Shown: positions 49,996-62,316 of the stretch, one piece after another | How the letters are laid out: every line of letters starts with the position of its first letter | Position numbering within the stretch: the stretch's first letter is position 1 | From: Podarcis liolepis | Taxonomy: Eukaryota | Strand: one strand, 5' to 3' | DNA: 64,000 bases | Assembly (NCBI GenBank): GCA_965112155.1 | Contig: OZ218099.1 | The notes under the pieces: model-generated | The model's input: only the letters and a program-made list of their open reading frames with translations | The model's database searches: none | Told to the model about the DNA's origin: nothing | Program-made: the position numbers and the translations under genes

Positions 49996-50962
49996 GGCCA
50001 GTCCCCCTTGCTTTGTGTGCCCAGGAAAAGGAAGGGCTGGATTTGATCAGCCCCAAGGGCCAGAGTTCCTTGCCTATATGTTAATTTGGGGAGGTGGGAG
50101 AGTGTTGGGGTTCACCTGAATCTGTTTGGGCAGAAGAGAGAAAAGGGGAGTTCGTTTTGAAGCTGTGGAAAAGGCAGCAGTCGGAGTGCCATCCATCCAC
50201 CTCCCACTGAAAGCTGTAAGGTGGCTCCCAGCCACTCTCAGGCAGGTTTTAAACAAATTCCCTTCCTCCTCATATTGACTCCAATACTCCTCCCCACCAC
50301 TACCACACACAAACCCTAATTGGACAGTCCCTGGTTTATTGGTGGCTTTATTTTATTTTTATTTTATTTTTTAGGGGAAAGGGGATATATTTGCCATTCA
50401 TCACCCCCTATGAAAGGTCTGGTTCATGGGGCATTGCAAGAATTTCTGGAGGGGGGGGGGTTAGGGCAAGAAATAACCACATCCACACAGCACTTTGGTG
50501 TTTAGACCAGCACTGAACAGGTTAATGGCCCCACCCTCTCGCCTTCCCCTATGGGACAACTCCTGTCCTTTTATCAGTCCCCCCCCCTTTCCAGGCCCCT
50601 TTTATTATCTTTAAATAAAAAGTTTAAAGAAATAGTTGACTGGCTTTATAAAAAAGGGTTTTAAAAGTCTAGGCAGGGCACAGTGCTTTTTTATACGCTC
50701 TGTCTCCCGCACCGTTAAATTAAATTCAGCCGGAATTTTAACTCTGTAAAAACAACTGAGTTTTAGCATGAAGAATTTGTGTGTGTTTTTTGGATAGAAA
50801 AACACTTTATTTCCAATCTTTGTCTCCCTATTTTGGGGGAAAGAAGGGGGCAATAGTTTTCACACCTGTAGGAGGGAGCAGTGACTGGTTGCCAGCTGGC
50901 AAAGGCATACTGAGAGAAAGAAGCTTGTCTCAATTTGTCTTTCTTAAATGTGCACACACCCC

Positions 50963-50965
50963 TTC

Positions 50966-51011
<46 letters not shown>

Positions 51012-51015
51012 TCCC
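50963..51015. repeat. (CT)n microsatellite in the PRKACA 3'UTR
   Basis: Directly visible. Confidence 0.92.
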
Positions 51016-52058
51016 TCCCCTAGTCTCCCCATCACCACCACCCTCCAATCCAAATGTCCCAACATGAGTTTCCCCACTTCAGGCAACTCTTGGAGCATCT
51101 GCCTGAACGGAAGAGAAACAAGCAGGATCTAGTCCACCCTGTGAAACATCAGATAGACTCTAGCTAGTTGCCATGCTTCAAAGGGGCCTCTCCCGTTTGG
51201 TAAGCCATCAGGGTGGGAGAAAGTCCATGTAGATACAGCTTGACCGTCGCAGGCAAAATGCATTGGCTGCTGGGATCCTACCCTTCCCAACTCAAACCTC
51301 TGACATCTGTTTTTGTAAAACAAGGATCTTTCCAGTCTGTTGGTGGAAACTCCATTGCACCGGTCCTTAAGGGCTCCATCGGCCTGCTATGTGGGGTTTT
51401 TTTTTAATGTTAAGACGGTAAGGAGGGAGTGGGAAATGTAAATCCCAGTGTAAATGGAGGTGGGGTAGGGGCTTAGAAACGAAAGTGTTGGGAAGGCCCA
51501 TTCCATTTTGACCTGCAGTTCTGACAGGGAATGAGAGGTGGCATCTGTTTTATTAGAGTCTTTTCTCATGGATGCGGAGGGAGCTGTGACTCAAAGATGA
51601 GGAGGGGGAGCCCATTTCTCTCCATTTAATTTGTTCCGACTCTTTCCTCCCCCTCCCTTTCCAATGCAATGCCTCTTTGTGTTCTGTCTTCACCTACCCC
51701 ACTCCAAACACACTCTATATTCACCAGTTTAGTTTTCTTTTGTTTTCTTTCTGTGGCTGGGGAGCAAAGCAGTCTTCTTTAGATTGATAGATGACATATA
51801 ACATACAGAAGCGCTGTCAGGAGCAGGCAAGCTTTGCTTGCCCCTCCAACTCCTCGTCGTCCTCTTCCCACCAATAGCTCATTGGCCTCTTCTGTGTTGG
51901 GTTGGGGAGACAGCGGGAGTTAAAATACCCACCAGCTCCCTGCCTCAGAAAAAAACACTTCTATGTAATCCAACAAAACTTGTTTCACTGAGAAAAAAAC
52001 AAACCCTACTTCCTCTTTAACAGTGTGCTTTGTTGTAAACATATTTGAAACTATTACC

Positions 52059-52064
52059 AATAAA
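52059..52064 (+). terminator. PRKACA polyadenylation signal AATAAA
   Basis: Context tgttgtaaacatatttgaaactattaccAATAAAgttttgttt, with upstream UGUA and downstream U-rich sequence. Confidence 0.8.
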
Positions 52065-55000
52065 GTTTTGTTTAAAAAAAACCTGAATTTTTATTTCTGA
52101 AGTGTGACTTAAGACAGAGTGGTGCGGAGAAGAGGAAGAAGCGAGGGGCTGTGATGACATTGAGAAGTTTGAACACTAATACGGGAGACAGTACTTGGGC
52201 CTTCCAAATGACAGGTGCTAAATGATGGCACTGAATGGGAAGTTATGGAATATATCTTCTTAGAGAGCAGTATGTGTGGTCACATTTGCCACTGACACAG
52301 TGAGATTCTTTACCTACGGTTTAATTGCCATGCCTGAAGGTACATAGATTGAGGGTATTGTCTGTCCTGATCAACTTTAAGGAGGTCAGCTAACAAAATG
52401 GATTAGCTAGTTTTAACTTACTAGCCAATTAATAATGCAGTAGCAATATAAGTGATATTTTGAGACTATTTAATTTTTAGTTTGTGGGAATTCTGCTAGC
52501 ATCTTAAAGATGGAAAGTTAAGATTATCAAATAGCTGTGAAAATGGGATCATGTGTCTGTTACCTAAAGTTTACACCAGCATTCCACAATTGCCAGATTC
52601 ACTGGACCTGTGTGTTTAGATAGATAGATAGAGCCCTAGAATGTTGATATTTATAGAAAGCTCCTACCCTGCTGATTACAAAAGAATACACTATTTGTAT
52701 GTGAAATAAATGTCACATGTCGAGTTACGTAATGAACTATAGTGTTGTACAAAGTCTAGTACAAAATCCATCCATTCAAGGCCATTGAAAGTTGGGCAGA
52801 CAAAATATAAACCACTTTAATGGTACACAGACATTCTTGTTCTTGTAAGAGATCAACCATTATCAACACTGTCTCTGAGAAAACTAATTGTATTAGTCTC
52901 CAGAGGTACAACTATTTTGCAAGGTCTCTGGACATTTGTGTTTTGCTTTTGGGGTCTCTGCTTATCGTCATACTTAAAGAACTTTTTCAGCAAGATGTAT
53001 GGCAACTGTAGTTGGCTATAATGTCACTCTTTCCCTTAATCTAAATTTTGCTTTTTCTATGTACTTATTTTCAGGCTTGGCTTGAAAAAGTGACAGCCTA
53101 CCAATAGCTTGTGGCACATTACAAACTAACTTTTTTGTGTTGCATTAGCTAGCTAGGATGCTAGAGCAGTTCTTCATGCTGCTACAAGACTCCTTTCTTG
53201 TTCTAGTTCGACTGAAGTTGGCTTCTAAATAGATGTCTGCTCAAGTGAAGTGATGGAATGAGGTGCACTGGAAAACTAGGGTGAACTGTTTTAAAAGTGA
53301 ATGGGTCATTCTGAGAGTAACAAGCATTAGGGACTGAACAGCAAAGGGATGCAACTTGATTTGAAGCATGCTAGCTGCTTTCCCAGTTCATACAGAGGTA
53401 AGACTTCTTGGAGCTATGAGATCCTTTTTGGTTCCTTTTTTAATTTTCTTAGCTAAACCCAGATACACTGTAGTTTGTTCACTCCACCTTCCCCCAATGT
53501 TGACGACAGTTTGGAAGAGGAATTCCACTTTCACCTCCGGTTAATAGCTGTGGTATTACTTTCAAAAACTGCAAAATCTTTTTGACCAGAGATGGCAGTG
53601 GGACAAAAATGTGTGTGTGTGTGTACACATGGGAACTGAAGCCCTTCTCAAACCACTTTTCATCTCTCAAGCGTACCTGTCTTCCTCTTAAATTGCCTTC
53701 TGATACCCTATCTGGTCCCCATTGTTTGAGCACTTTTTTCTCTTCATGATGAAGAGAAAGGCCACATCTGGTGATGAGCAAAGTCTTGCTCAGGAGGGTA
53801 GCACTTGGTTAACAGTGATCCCCAGCGTTCCAAAGCTAACAGGGTGCAGAAGTTGTAGGCCAGTGAGACTGCCTACAGTTCTTGCAGCTTCTTGGAGCTG
53901 TCTGACACCGTGCGGCCTCTCAATAGGTCCACATACAACTCATGGCTGCTATGCAAGAAAGTTGGTACAAAAGGCACTATAACACTAGAGAATGTTGAAA
54001 ACCCAGAAGCACAAAGTTACCATAAATGTCTCAAACACAGGCTTGTTAACGCAACTTGCCCCTTTTCCTGTCACGTAAGACAGGCTCCGTTGCCCTATGT
54101 AAGGAATCATACCCCAATTTCAATGTATCAGCTGTTTAGGTATCTTCAAGTTGGATTAAACTATGTGTGTGTGTTTGTGTGCAGTCTTCAGGCCATTTGA
54201 CTTGCATAATATCCTTTTTACATAAGATTTAGATAACTGATGTGTATATATGTTAAAGTTGTATACTCAAGAGGAATGCTACATTTGGCATGCTCTTGTC
54301 TCTGTTCAGGATGCCTGGAAACCTTGCATTTGCTTGCCAGCAAATACTGGAATTCTTGAACCTTGGTGTTTTAAGGAAAACCACAAATGAGAGATGTTAA
54401 GAGTAACCAAAATGCTACTGCAATTTTTCAAGGCGGTTGCTCTTGAAATCTCTCTGGAGGGCACAAATGCTTCGGTTTGGAAAAGATCATTTGTTTGATA
54501 CACTGGGAGTTTTAAAGTAAAACAAGTGGACTGGTAGTTTCAAAACATACTGAAAGCTACAGTGCTTTATTCCCACCTCTGGAAGGGAGGAGGGCTTGAA
54601 AAAGAGATGGCATGAAGGCAGTTCATTCCTGACCACTTCCTCTCACTGACTCAGCTTGTGAACATGGGCATATTGCTTCCCTTTCCAGTGCCTCTTTCCC
54701 ATCAGTAATGGGGGTGGATCAAAACCACTGCTTCCCACAGTCCACATTACTGCTTAATCGTGTTACCTGTGCCATAACTAGAAAAACTATGATTTGAGGT
54801 GGACTGGAAATTCTCACAGGATTAGCATTGGGGAAAGTATTGAGTTAAACAGGTACAGCCTAAGAAGACACAAAACCCTGTTATTCTGCCCTAATTGCAA
54901 TTTGTGGAAACTGGGAATATAACTCATGAAAGCTACCTCTTAACATATCCTTATCAGCTGTCCTCAACTTATAGAAGTAGTCTATAGCGCAATGTTAAAG

Positions 55001-57049
55001 CTCATGGTAACTTAGCATGGCTGCTCAATTTATACTATCCATTTTGCTTTTGGGGCCATAGAAAGCTACCTGATTCTGAGTCAGATCATTGGTCTATCTA
55101 ACTTAGTACTGTCTGCACTGGCTGGCAGTGGCTCTCTAGGGTTTTTGATGCAAGGTTTTCCCCCAGTCCTACCTTGAGCCACCAAGCAGATGCTTTTGTT
55201 CTCCCCCAGAACCAACAAGGAAGGGATTCTGTTCTGTAGGATCCCTTATTCACTTTTCCCCTATTCTTGCTCCTGCCCCAGGCATAAAGCAGATCACTAC
55301 TGTATTTCTCTTATGATGGTCAGTGTACTGAAGGAACTCATCCACTATATAGTTCAGTAGGTTGCTGCACTCTGCATAGACATTCAACGCATCTCTCACC
55401 GAGAACCAAGCCTGTTCCTATTTACGTTGCCTCTGTATTCTAATTCTTGGCCATGCTATTGCAATGTGTTGTTGGAAATATATATATAGAAGTTGGAGCT
55501 GCAACAATACGATGCACTGCTGAGTGCTGCTATTAAAGATTCTAACCACTCCCTCCCTCAAACCAGTTAGTCAGTCTCTGGCTCCTGAGCATGCTGTTCT
55601 CATTGGTCTGCTTTGAGATTTCCTTCCATTGGCTTTTTCCACTTTTTTTGTATTGCTACAAATCTTGGGGTTCCCCTATACCTGGTAGTAGCTCCCCTTT
55701 TGTGCAAGGGCCTGCAGCTTGAAAAGTGGAGCAGCATCCGCGTACACAACATTTTGCAGCACTGCCCTTCCTCTGCAAGCTAGCACTACCCAAGGACTGT
55801 GATGAAGATTGGTCTAGCTTGGTCAGGACTTGAGTAATTAGCAGGTAGAGAAGATGGACAATAGCACTGACTTCAACCAGACATAGCTTAAGTTGGTGGT
55901 GCTGACGTGCACTGCTGACTTTTACGTGAACAATAACTACCACACTATTTACTATGGATATGCTTTAGTGCAACTCGTATTCACAAATAAATGAAGAGTG
56001 TGGTGTGGTGTGCTAGCCTTTGGCATCTTGTGAAAATTTCACAGCCCTACAGTACATCAGTACAGAGAAAATATACTCAAGGCCTCAGTCACTCTACTGC
56101 AGATTTCCTGTCTCATCTCTTTGAAATTCAATAGTCAATATTCCTAGCATTGCTTAGCTTCTGACTTCTGGGGCTGCGGGGGGGGGGGAATCCAACTGTT
56201 ACAATTAATTGCTTAACCATAATAGAAACAGGTACAAGCTTCCCCTTTCTGATCCTACTTATCCTCTTAAACTATGTTTTAGCAGCTTATATTTTGTTAT
56301 GTCATCACATCATAAACTCTGGGGTCCTGGCCAAAAAGAAGAGTACAGTAATCAAAATGCAACCTATTGTGAAATCTAAGGGCCTCCTTTCTAACATTTC
56401 TAGTATATGAGAACAAGAGTCGGAGGAGGGTACCCAAGACTGTGAGAGTTTACAGCAGGACATCCTAGTGTGACCAGAGGCCAACTGGTTGTGACAACTG
56501 CAAGAGTTCAGTTCAGTCTGACCTCTGTGTATTTACTTGGATGTAAGTCTCACTATGCTCAGTGGAGCTTGCTTCTCTGTGCACAGAACTGAAACCTTAA
56601 TGGTGTAGCCTAGGGCTGCAAAAGCAAATGTCATAGGAAGTGAAGGAGTGGTGGCTGGGAGGGACATTTTTCCTCTCTTTACAGCCGCCTTAAAAAAAAA
56701 AACACAAAGCAAAACATAGAGGTTCTGATCTCCTTCCATATTTGAGCGCTCGCATTTATCTGCTGTAGTCAGGAAATACAAGTGTACAGGGGCAGGCAGG
56801 ACAAACCTTCAGCGATCGGGATTAAGCAAGGGCGTGGACGCTGACCGCTGTAGTTTTGAGTGAATAAATGTGGACTAGGAGGAAGTCAGGTTCGTAAATT
56901 GGGCAAATGAAGACGAGCGTTTGAGAGGAAAGCTAAGCGTTGCAGGCTGAGGGAAAAACTTCTATTCCACTTTCCGCTAAAATCCGCCGCTGAAACTCCT
57001 GCTGCTATAAATGGAACAGCCAGCGAGTTGTTTTTTTTTAAAAAAGAAT

Positions 57050-58800
57050 TATGTACTCGCCGGATTCCTGCTGTTGACTTCTGCCTGAGGCGGCCAGAGA
57101 GCGCCCTTTCCAGCCGGCGCGGCCGCTAAGGGGACGCTGCGAATTCTCCTGCTCCACCTTAAGCCGCCAAGTGTAGGGAGGCTACGGGAGGCAACAGCGC
57201 CTCCTTAAGCGGCTGCGGGTCCCGCTCGGGCGGTGGTGGAGGCGGCGGCGCGTGCGGCTGGGGGAAGGGGAGGGAGGAGCTCGCGCTGCCCGGACCAGCC
57301 CGCGCGCCGCCGCTTCCAGCAGCAGCAGCGCCTGCCGGGCGGAGGGTCTAGTTGGCGCCGCGCGGGCAAGAGCTGAGGCCAAGGCGGAGCGGCGCACGGG
57401 GGCAGCGAAGCCCCGGGGGAGGCGGCAACACCATGGCCGGGCCCCCGCCGCCGCCCCCGGGCCAGGAGGCGCCGCGCTACCAGGAGTGGATCTTGGACAC
57501 CATCGACTCGCTGCGCTCGCGCAAGGCGCGCCCGGACCTGGAGCGCATCTGCCGCATGGTGCGCCGGCGGCACGGCCCGGAGCCGGAGCGCACCCGCGCC
57601 GAGCTAGAGAAGCTCATCCAGCAGCGCGCCGTGCTCCGCGTCAGCTACAAGGGAAGCATCTCGTACCGCAACGCTGCGCGGGTCCAGCCGCCTCGGCGAG
57701 GCGGAACGCCCGCCGCCAGCCCCGCGGCCCCGCAGCGGCCGGCCCGCACTTCCCCGCCCAGCGCTCCCGCCGCCGCCGCCGCCACCGCGACGCCCCGGTC
57801 CTCCCAGCGTGCAGCGCCCCGCGCGGAGCCAGCCGCGCCGCCGCCGCCACCTCCTCCGCCGCCACCGCCGCAGCCGCCGCCTCCTCGTCGGACCGGCCGG
57901 GAGCGACCGCCGCCGCCTGCCCCCGCCCCGGAGGAGCCCTCCCCCGTCAGCCTGCGAGAGATTGTGCGCTACTTGGGCGGCGACGGCGCCGCGCCGGGGG
58001 GCGGCCGAGTGACTCGAGGCCGAGCGCAAGGGCTGCTCCAAGAGGAGCGGCTGGAGAGGACCCGCTTGGGTGGCGGCGGGGGCGGGGGCGGCAGCGGCAA
58101 CAGCGTCGCCTTGCCCAGGGCGGAGAGAGGCGCGCAGGCCCGGGCGCCCAGCGCCAGGGCTTACAGGAACAAGGTGAGGGGCTGCCGCGGCGCGCGCGGG
58201 GGGAGGGGGTGGGGGCGGGGCGGCGGGGGCGCACGGGCTAGGGGGAACAGGTGAGCTTCCCCAGGACGGAAACGGACCTAGCGGAGGAGTGCGCGCGCAG
58301 GGGGTGCCCGAACACTGGGCGCGCGGGGGGGGGCGGAGGGGCGGGCGCCGGAGAGGAGCCGCTTTCGGGGAGGGCAGACGGCGCCCAGCCCCCCGAATGT
58401 TGTCAGCGGGCGCTCGCGCAGGTGTGCGTGTGTCTGGGAGGAAGAGTTATGGGCAGCGCCCAATCAAATCGCTTTGGCACGGGAGGGGGCGCCACGATTG
58501 GTGCCTGGGCTTCGACGGGGCGACATTCTCCCGTGCAGTTCCGAAGTATTGTGGGAAGGTGAGCGGAAAGGCCGCCGCTGGATGGCACAACTCCGCTTGG
58601 TCCGCGGGGAACTTGCGTGGCCGAGTTGGGGAGCGGGTAAGAACCAACCCCGGGCGTGTGGAGAGGCTCCGCTCACCTGCGTGCGTGGCCCTCCGGTGAC
58701 ACTTGTGCGGCGTTGAGGATGCACGTCGGGCCCTGGACAGTGGCCCCTTCTCCGACCTCGCCACCCCCCCCCCCCCGCCAAACTCAGGCCGTGCCAGGCT
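57050..58800. promoter_or_regulatory. CpG island: SAMD1 promoter, exon 1 and start of intron 1
   Basis: Very high GC and CpG density against a CpG-depleted background; spans the SAMD1 start codon. Confidence 0.92.
57433..58173 (+). CDS. SAMD1: SAMD1 exon 1 coding part (winged-helix CpG-binding domain, Pro-rich linker)
   Basis: Kozak caccATGg; MAGPPP...YQEWILDTIDSLRSRKARPDLERICRMVRRRHGPEPERTRAELEKLIQQRAVLRVSYKGSISYRNA is the SAMD1 WH domain; donor AAG|gtgagg (phase 0). Confidence 0.96.
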
Positions 58801-59275
58801 CCGTATAAACACAGAACAAAGAGTCAGTTTGTGCTTGACCTAAAGGGTTCTGTAACCTCCAATAAGGTCGGGAGGTGGTGGGAGTAGTAAGGCAGCGAAT
58901 GCAAACGGGGAGCGGAGGGGGGAGCAGAAAAGGAGAAATCATGTGGTGTTGGTCAGGAGGGTGACCAGCTCTGGAATGTAACCCAATCCAGTAAGGATCA
59001 GAGCAATTATCAAGGGTAGAATACAATTACAGTCCAGTAAAAAGAAGCCCCTTTCGGTTCTCTTATTTTTGGCAAGTTTTCTGTTACAAGGATGGCAATA
59101 GATTTCCATAAATCTAGGCGTATCTGCCCAACAAAGCCAAGTGGAGGGATGGTGTGGCTGAAGTTTGATTCCATCTCTTCTTGGATTAGAAGGCTCCTGC
59201 TGTGTTTCAAAGAGCATTTTGCGGTAGTATTTTGGAGGCCTTTACCCAGACTAGCAACACCACTGGTTCCAAGTA

Positions 59276-59501
59276 CAGTGGTACCTTAGGTTACATATGC
59301 TTCAGGTTACAGACTCTGGTAACCCAGAAATAGTACCTCGGGTTAAGAACTTTGCTTCAGGATGAGAACAAAAATCGTGCTCTGGCGGCGTGGCAGCAGC
59401 GGGAGGCCCCATTAGCTAAAGTGGTGCTTCAGGTTAAGAACAGTTTCAGGTTAAGAACGGACCTCCGGAACAAATTAAGTGTGTAACCAGAGGTACCACT
59501 G
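59276..59501. mobile_element. Tc1/mariner (Tigger-like) MITE in SAMD1 intron 1
   Basis: TIRs cagtggtacct / aggtaccactg with TA on both sides; internal caggttaagaac repeats. Confidence 0.82.
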
Positions 59502-59920
59502 TACAGTGACTCATTTTGAACAAATAGGGGAAACTGAAGCAGGATTACAAGAAATGGCTCTGAGTAAAATTACATTGTAACCTGGAAGTAGATTGGCTTA
59601 GTTGTCAAAGTGTGCAATCCTGTTTATATGTCTAGACAGAAGTAACAGCCACAGAGGTCAGTGGTACTTAACTCCCAGGAAAGTTGGCATAGGATTTAGC
59701 AAAAGACCACAATCCCATACACCCTTAGCCTGGCAGTAAGCACCATTAACAACAATTATGTGTAGGACAGTACTGTAAAGTCAATAAAAATGAAACAAGG
59801 AACTTGAGGCACCAGCATTGAGTAAGCCTGGAGAGTTAGACACAGGGGTGATTAGTCTGGGGTGCTGTGGAAGCAGGGCCTGGATTTGTAAATATATATG
59901 TATTCTTTTTATGTTTGCAG

Positions 59921-60299
59921 AAGGCAGGTGAGGAGGTCAAAGGTGAAGAAGAAGAGGAGGAGGAAGAAGAAGAAGAGGATGAAGCCTCCACCATGTCTGA
60001 AGGTTCAGAGGTGGCACAAGATTATGAGGCCAGCAACTACAGCAGACCTGGGATGGGCCAGGTGAACGGGGACTGTAAGGACAGCAAGCATGGTGGGAAA
60101 GAGATCCCACCCAGCAGTGCCCTCACCAGAGACCTGCGCTCCCTCGAGGAGCAGCCCTTGAACAAAGGATCAGAGCGTCCCCACCATGAAGGAAATGAGC
60201 AATGTCATACAAAGGCCTCTTGGCCTGGAGAAAGTGCCTGTCACCATCTGGGGGGCAGCAAGAAAGATGGCAGCGCCTATCAGCAGCCAGACAGAGCAG
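59921..60299 (+). CDS. SAMD1: SAMD1 exon 2 (379 nt; poly-Glu acidic tract)
   Basis: tttgcag| KAGEEVKGEEEEEEEEEEEDEASTMSEGSEV... G|gtatag; phase 0 to 1, consistent with neighbouring exons; SEGSEV matches recalled human SAMD1. Confidence 0.88.
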
Positions 60300-60768
60300 G
60301 TATAGGGTATAGGGTGGGCGAGAGGGCGGTGGGGAGTAGTTGGCTAAGCTTGACTTTTCTTGGGAGACCCAGGCCCTAGAGGGATATGGCAAAAGATCCT
60401 AATGGAGGAACCATTGGAGATGGTGATAAGATTATTGCACAGGTTTTTCCAGTGTAAATAGACCCCTGGGGTCGTTGTGCAACTCACTATTGAGAATTAT
60501 GCCTAGGAGCCCTAGGCCAGGTCAGTGGTATTATGGGTGGATGAGGAGCGGGGGGGGGGTCAGATTGTGGGAAGATGGCTTTGGCTCTCAGGTGTTTGGG
60601 CCATGGGAATTAAAACTGGCTTCTTGTTCTCTGCCTCAAAAGGGCTCCAGGCACATACACATGCACAAATTCATTCACCAGCTAGTTAAAGCCTCATTGC
60701 TATGTAAGAGAACCAGGCCCATTCCCATTTGTGTGTTTTTTTTCTCCCTCTCTCTTACTTTCTCCCAG

Positions 60769-60859
60769 TGTCACCAGCTGTTGCAGGTACTGAGCCCTCT
60801 GTGCCCTCATCCCCTGGGAGACCTGGCATCCAGGCAGATGGGAGACCCTTCAGCTGCAC
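60769..60859 (+). CDS. SAMD1: SAMD1 exon 3 (91 nt)
   Basis: Long pyrimidine tract cccag| (V)SPAVAGTEPSVPSSPGRPGIQADGRPFSC(T) |gtaagt; phase 1 to 2; resembles human PGKPALPGADGTPFGC. Confidence 0.9.
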
Positions 60860-62207
60860 GTAAGTTTTGAGTGGGCACCGAAAACCCATTTGTTTAATGA
60901 CAGCTAGTTCACCTATGACCCTCTGTAAGGAGAGAACACTTGAGTCCCCTGCCATCAGTGCCACCACCTATTTAGAAAAGGACCAGACAAGACGTCTTCA
61001 GCAGTGAGTAAAGGCTGACTGCATCTAGAAGGGCTTTCATCTGGGTAAGCTTGCCCCTAATTCTGCCCTGGTGCTTATGGAATTGAGGGAGGAGCTGTAG
61101 CTGCTGCCTCACCCCAGCTGGTTCTTAAGAGAAGGAGCAGCAGCAGCACTTAGCTTTTGCACACTCTGGGAAATGAAGCTGCTGTCAGAGTGAATGAGGG
61201 GCTGCTGAGGTGGTGGCAGTAGAGGAGGAAGCAATAAGTTAGTCCTGCAAGTTTCTTCAGCTGCCTCCCTCCTTCATTGGAGGAAATGAGTTGCTGCTGC
61301 CCTTCAGATTCCCCAGCAGGCACAGTGGGGTTGAAATACTTAGACGTCCTCATTAGGCTGCTTTGCACATTGCCATATTCGTGTGACTGTGATGCCATAT
61401 TGGTGCCTCTCAATGGGGGCCTTCCCTTCCTGTTTGCTGGGCTAGGCTTCCTGTTAGCCTGGCCTCTGTCACCCATGTTCTGGGAACCTCCAAGATAGAC
61501 TGCTGGAATGCACTGTCTATAGAGCTGCCTTGGGAAACTGTTCAGAAGCTGCAGTTCGTATAGAATGCAGCTGCTTGATTGCTGCCTGGGACTGGGTGTT
61601 AGGATCATGTTTTGCCTGTGCTATGCGGCTGCACTGGCTTCCATTCCATTAGTGGGTCCTGTTCAAAGGGAACTTGAAGGGCCACCTGTCTCCAGATATG
61701 CCTCACTGACTGAGGTGAGGTGGGTGGCAACCAGAGAAAGTTTATTTTTGCTGGTGGATCCCCAGCAAGTGATGGAACATCTTCTGCCCAAAGATGTTTC
61801 CCTGACAAGATGCTATTTTTCCTTTCAGCTCCAAGCAGGTGTTTTTTTTATTTACCCAAGCTTTTGAGATGAAGTTCTTGCTCTCTGTCATTTTGCGGCA
61901 TTTGACTTTATTATTCACATTTTGTTTTACTCTTGTAACCCCTCCCCTTCCCACAGTATATTTGAAGTGTGGTTTAAAAATACACATAATAAATTACTGG
62001 GGTGGTGTTTGGGTGGCCCCGTACAGAAAAACTTGTCTCTTGCTCAAGTTGGGTTCTTTTTATGATCTGCCCCCCTCCCATTCTGGATCCATGCATGCAC
62101 TCTCTTCTTTTTAACCCCTGGTGAGAAGTCCCCTTCTCATTGTGGAGCAGGAGGCCATTGGATGGCTGGGGTATGAATTCTCTTTTCTCTCTCTCTCCTC
62201 CTTGTAG

Positions 62208-62316
62208 CTCAGTGAAGGAGAAGCCTTCTGACCCAGTGGAATGGACTGTGAGTGATGTTGTGGATTATTTCACAGAAGCTGGTTTTGCTGAGCAAGCATC
62301 TGCCTTTCAAGAACAG
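62208..62316 (+). CDS. SAMD1: SAMD1 exon 4 (109 nt; start of SAM domain)
   Basis: tgtag| [36 protein letters not shown] |gtgaga; phase 2 to 0. Confidence 0.96.

Larger units (their letters stand above)
49996..52075 (+). other. PRKACA: PRKACA 3'UTR (~2.1 kb)
   Basis: Runs from the stop codon to AATAAA at 52059-52064 followed by GTTTTGTTT. The terminal ~60 nt resembles the recalled end of mammalian PRKACA mRNA. Confidence 0.75.

Noticed and set aside
57252-58241. 329-aa alternative-frame ORF and several antisense ORFs over SAMD1 exon 1
   Set aside because: The 329-aa ORF has a non-ATG start; these are low-complexity products expected from stop-codon scarcity in very GC-rich DNA.
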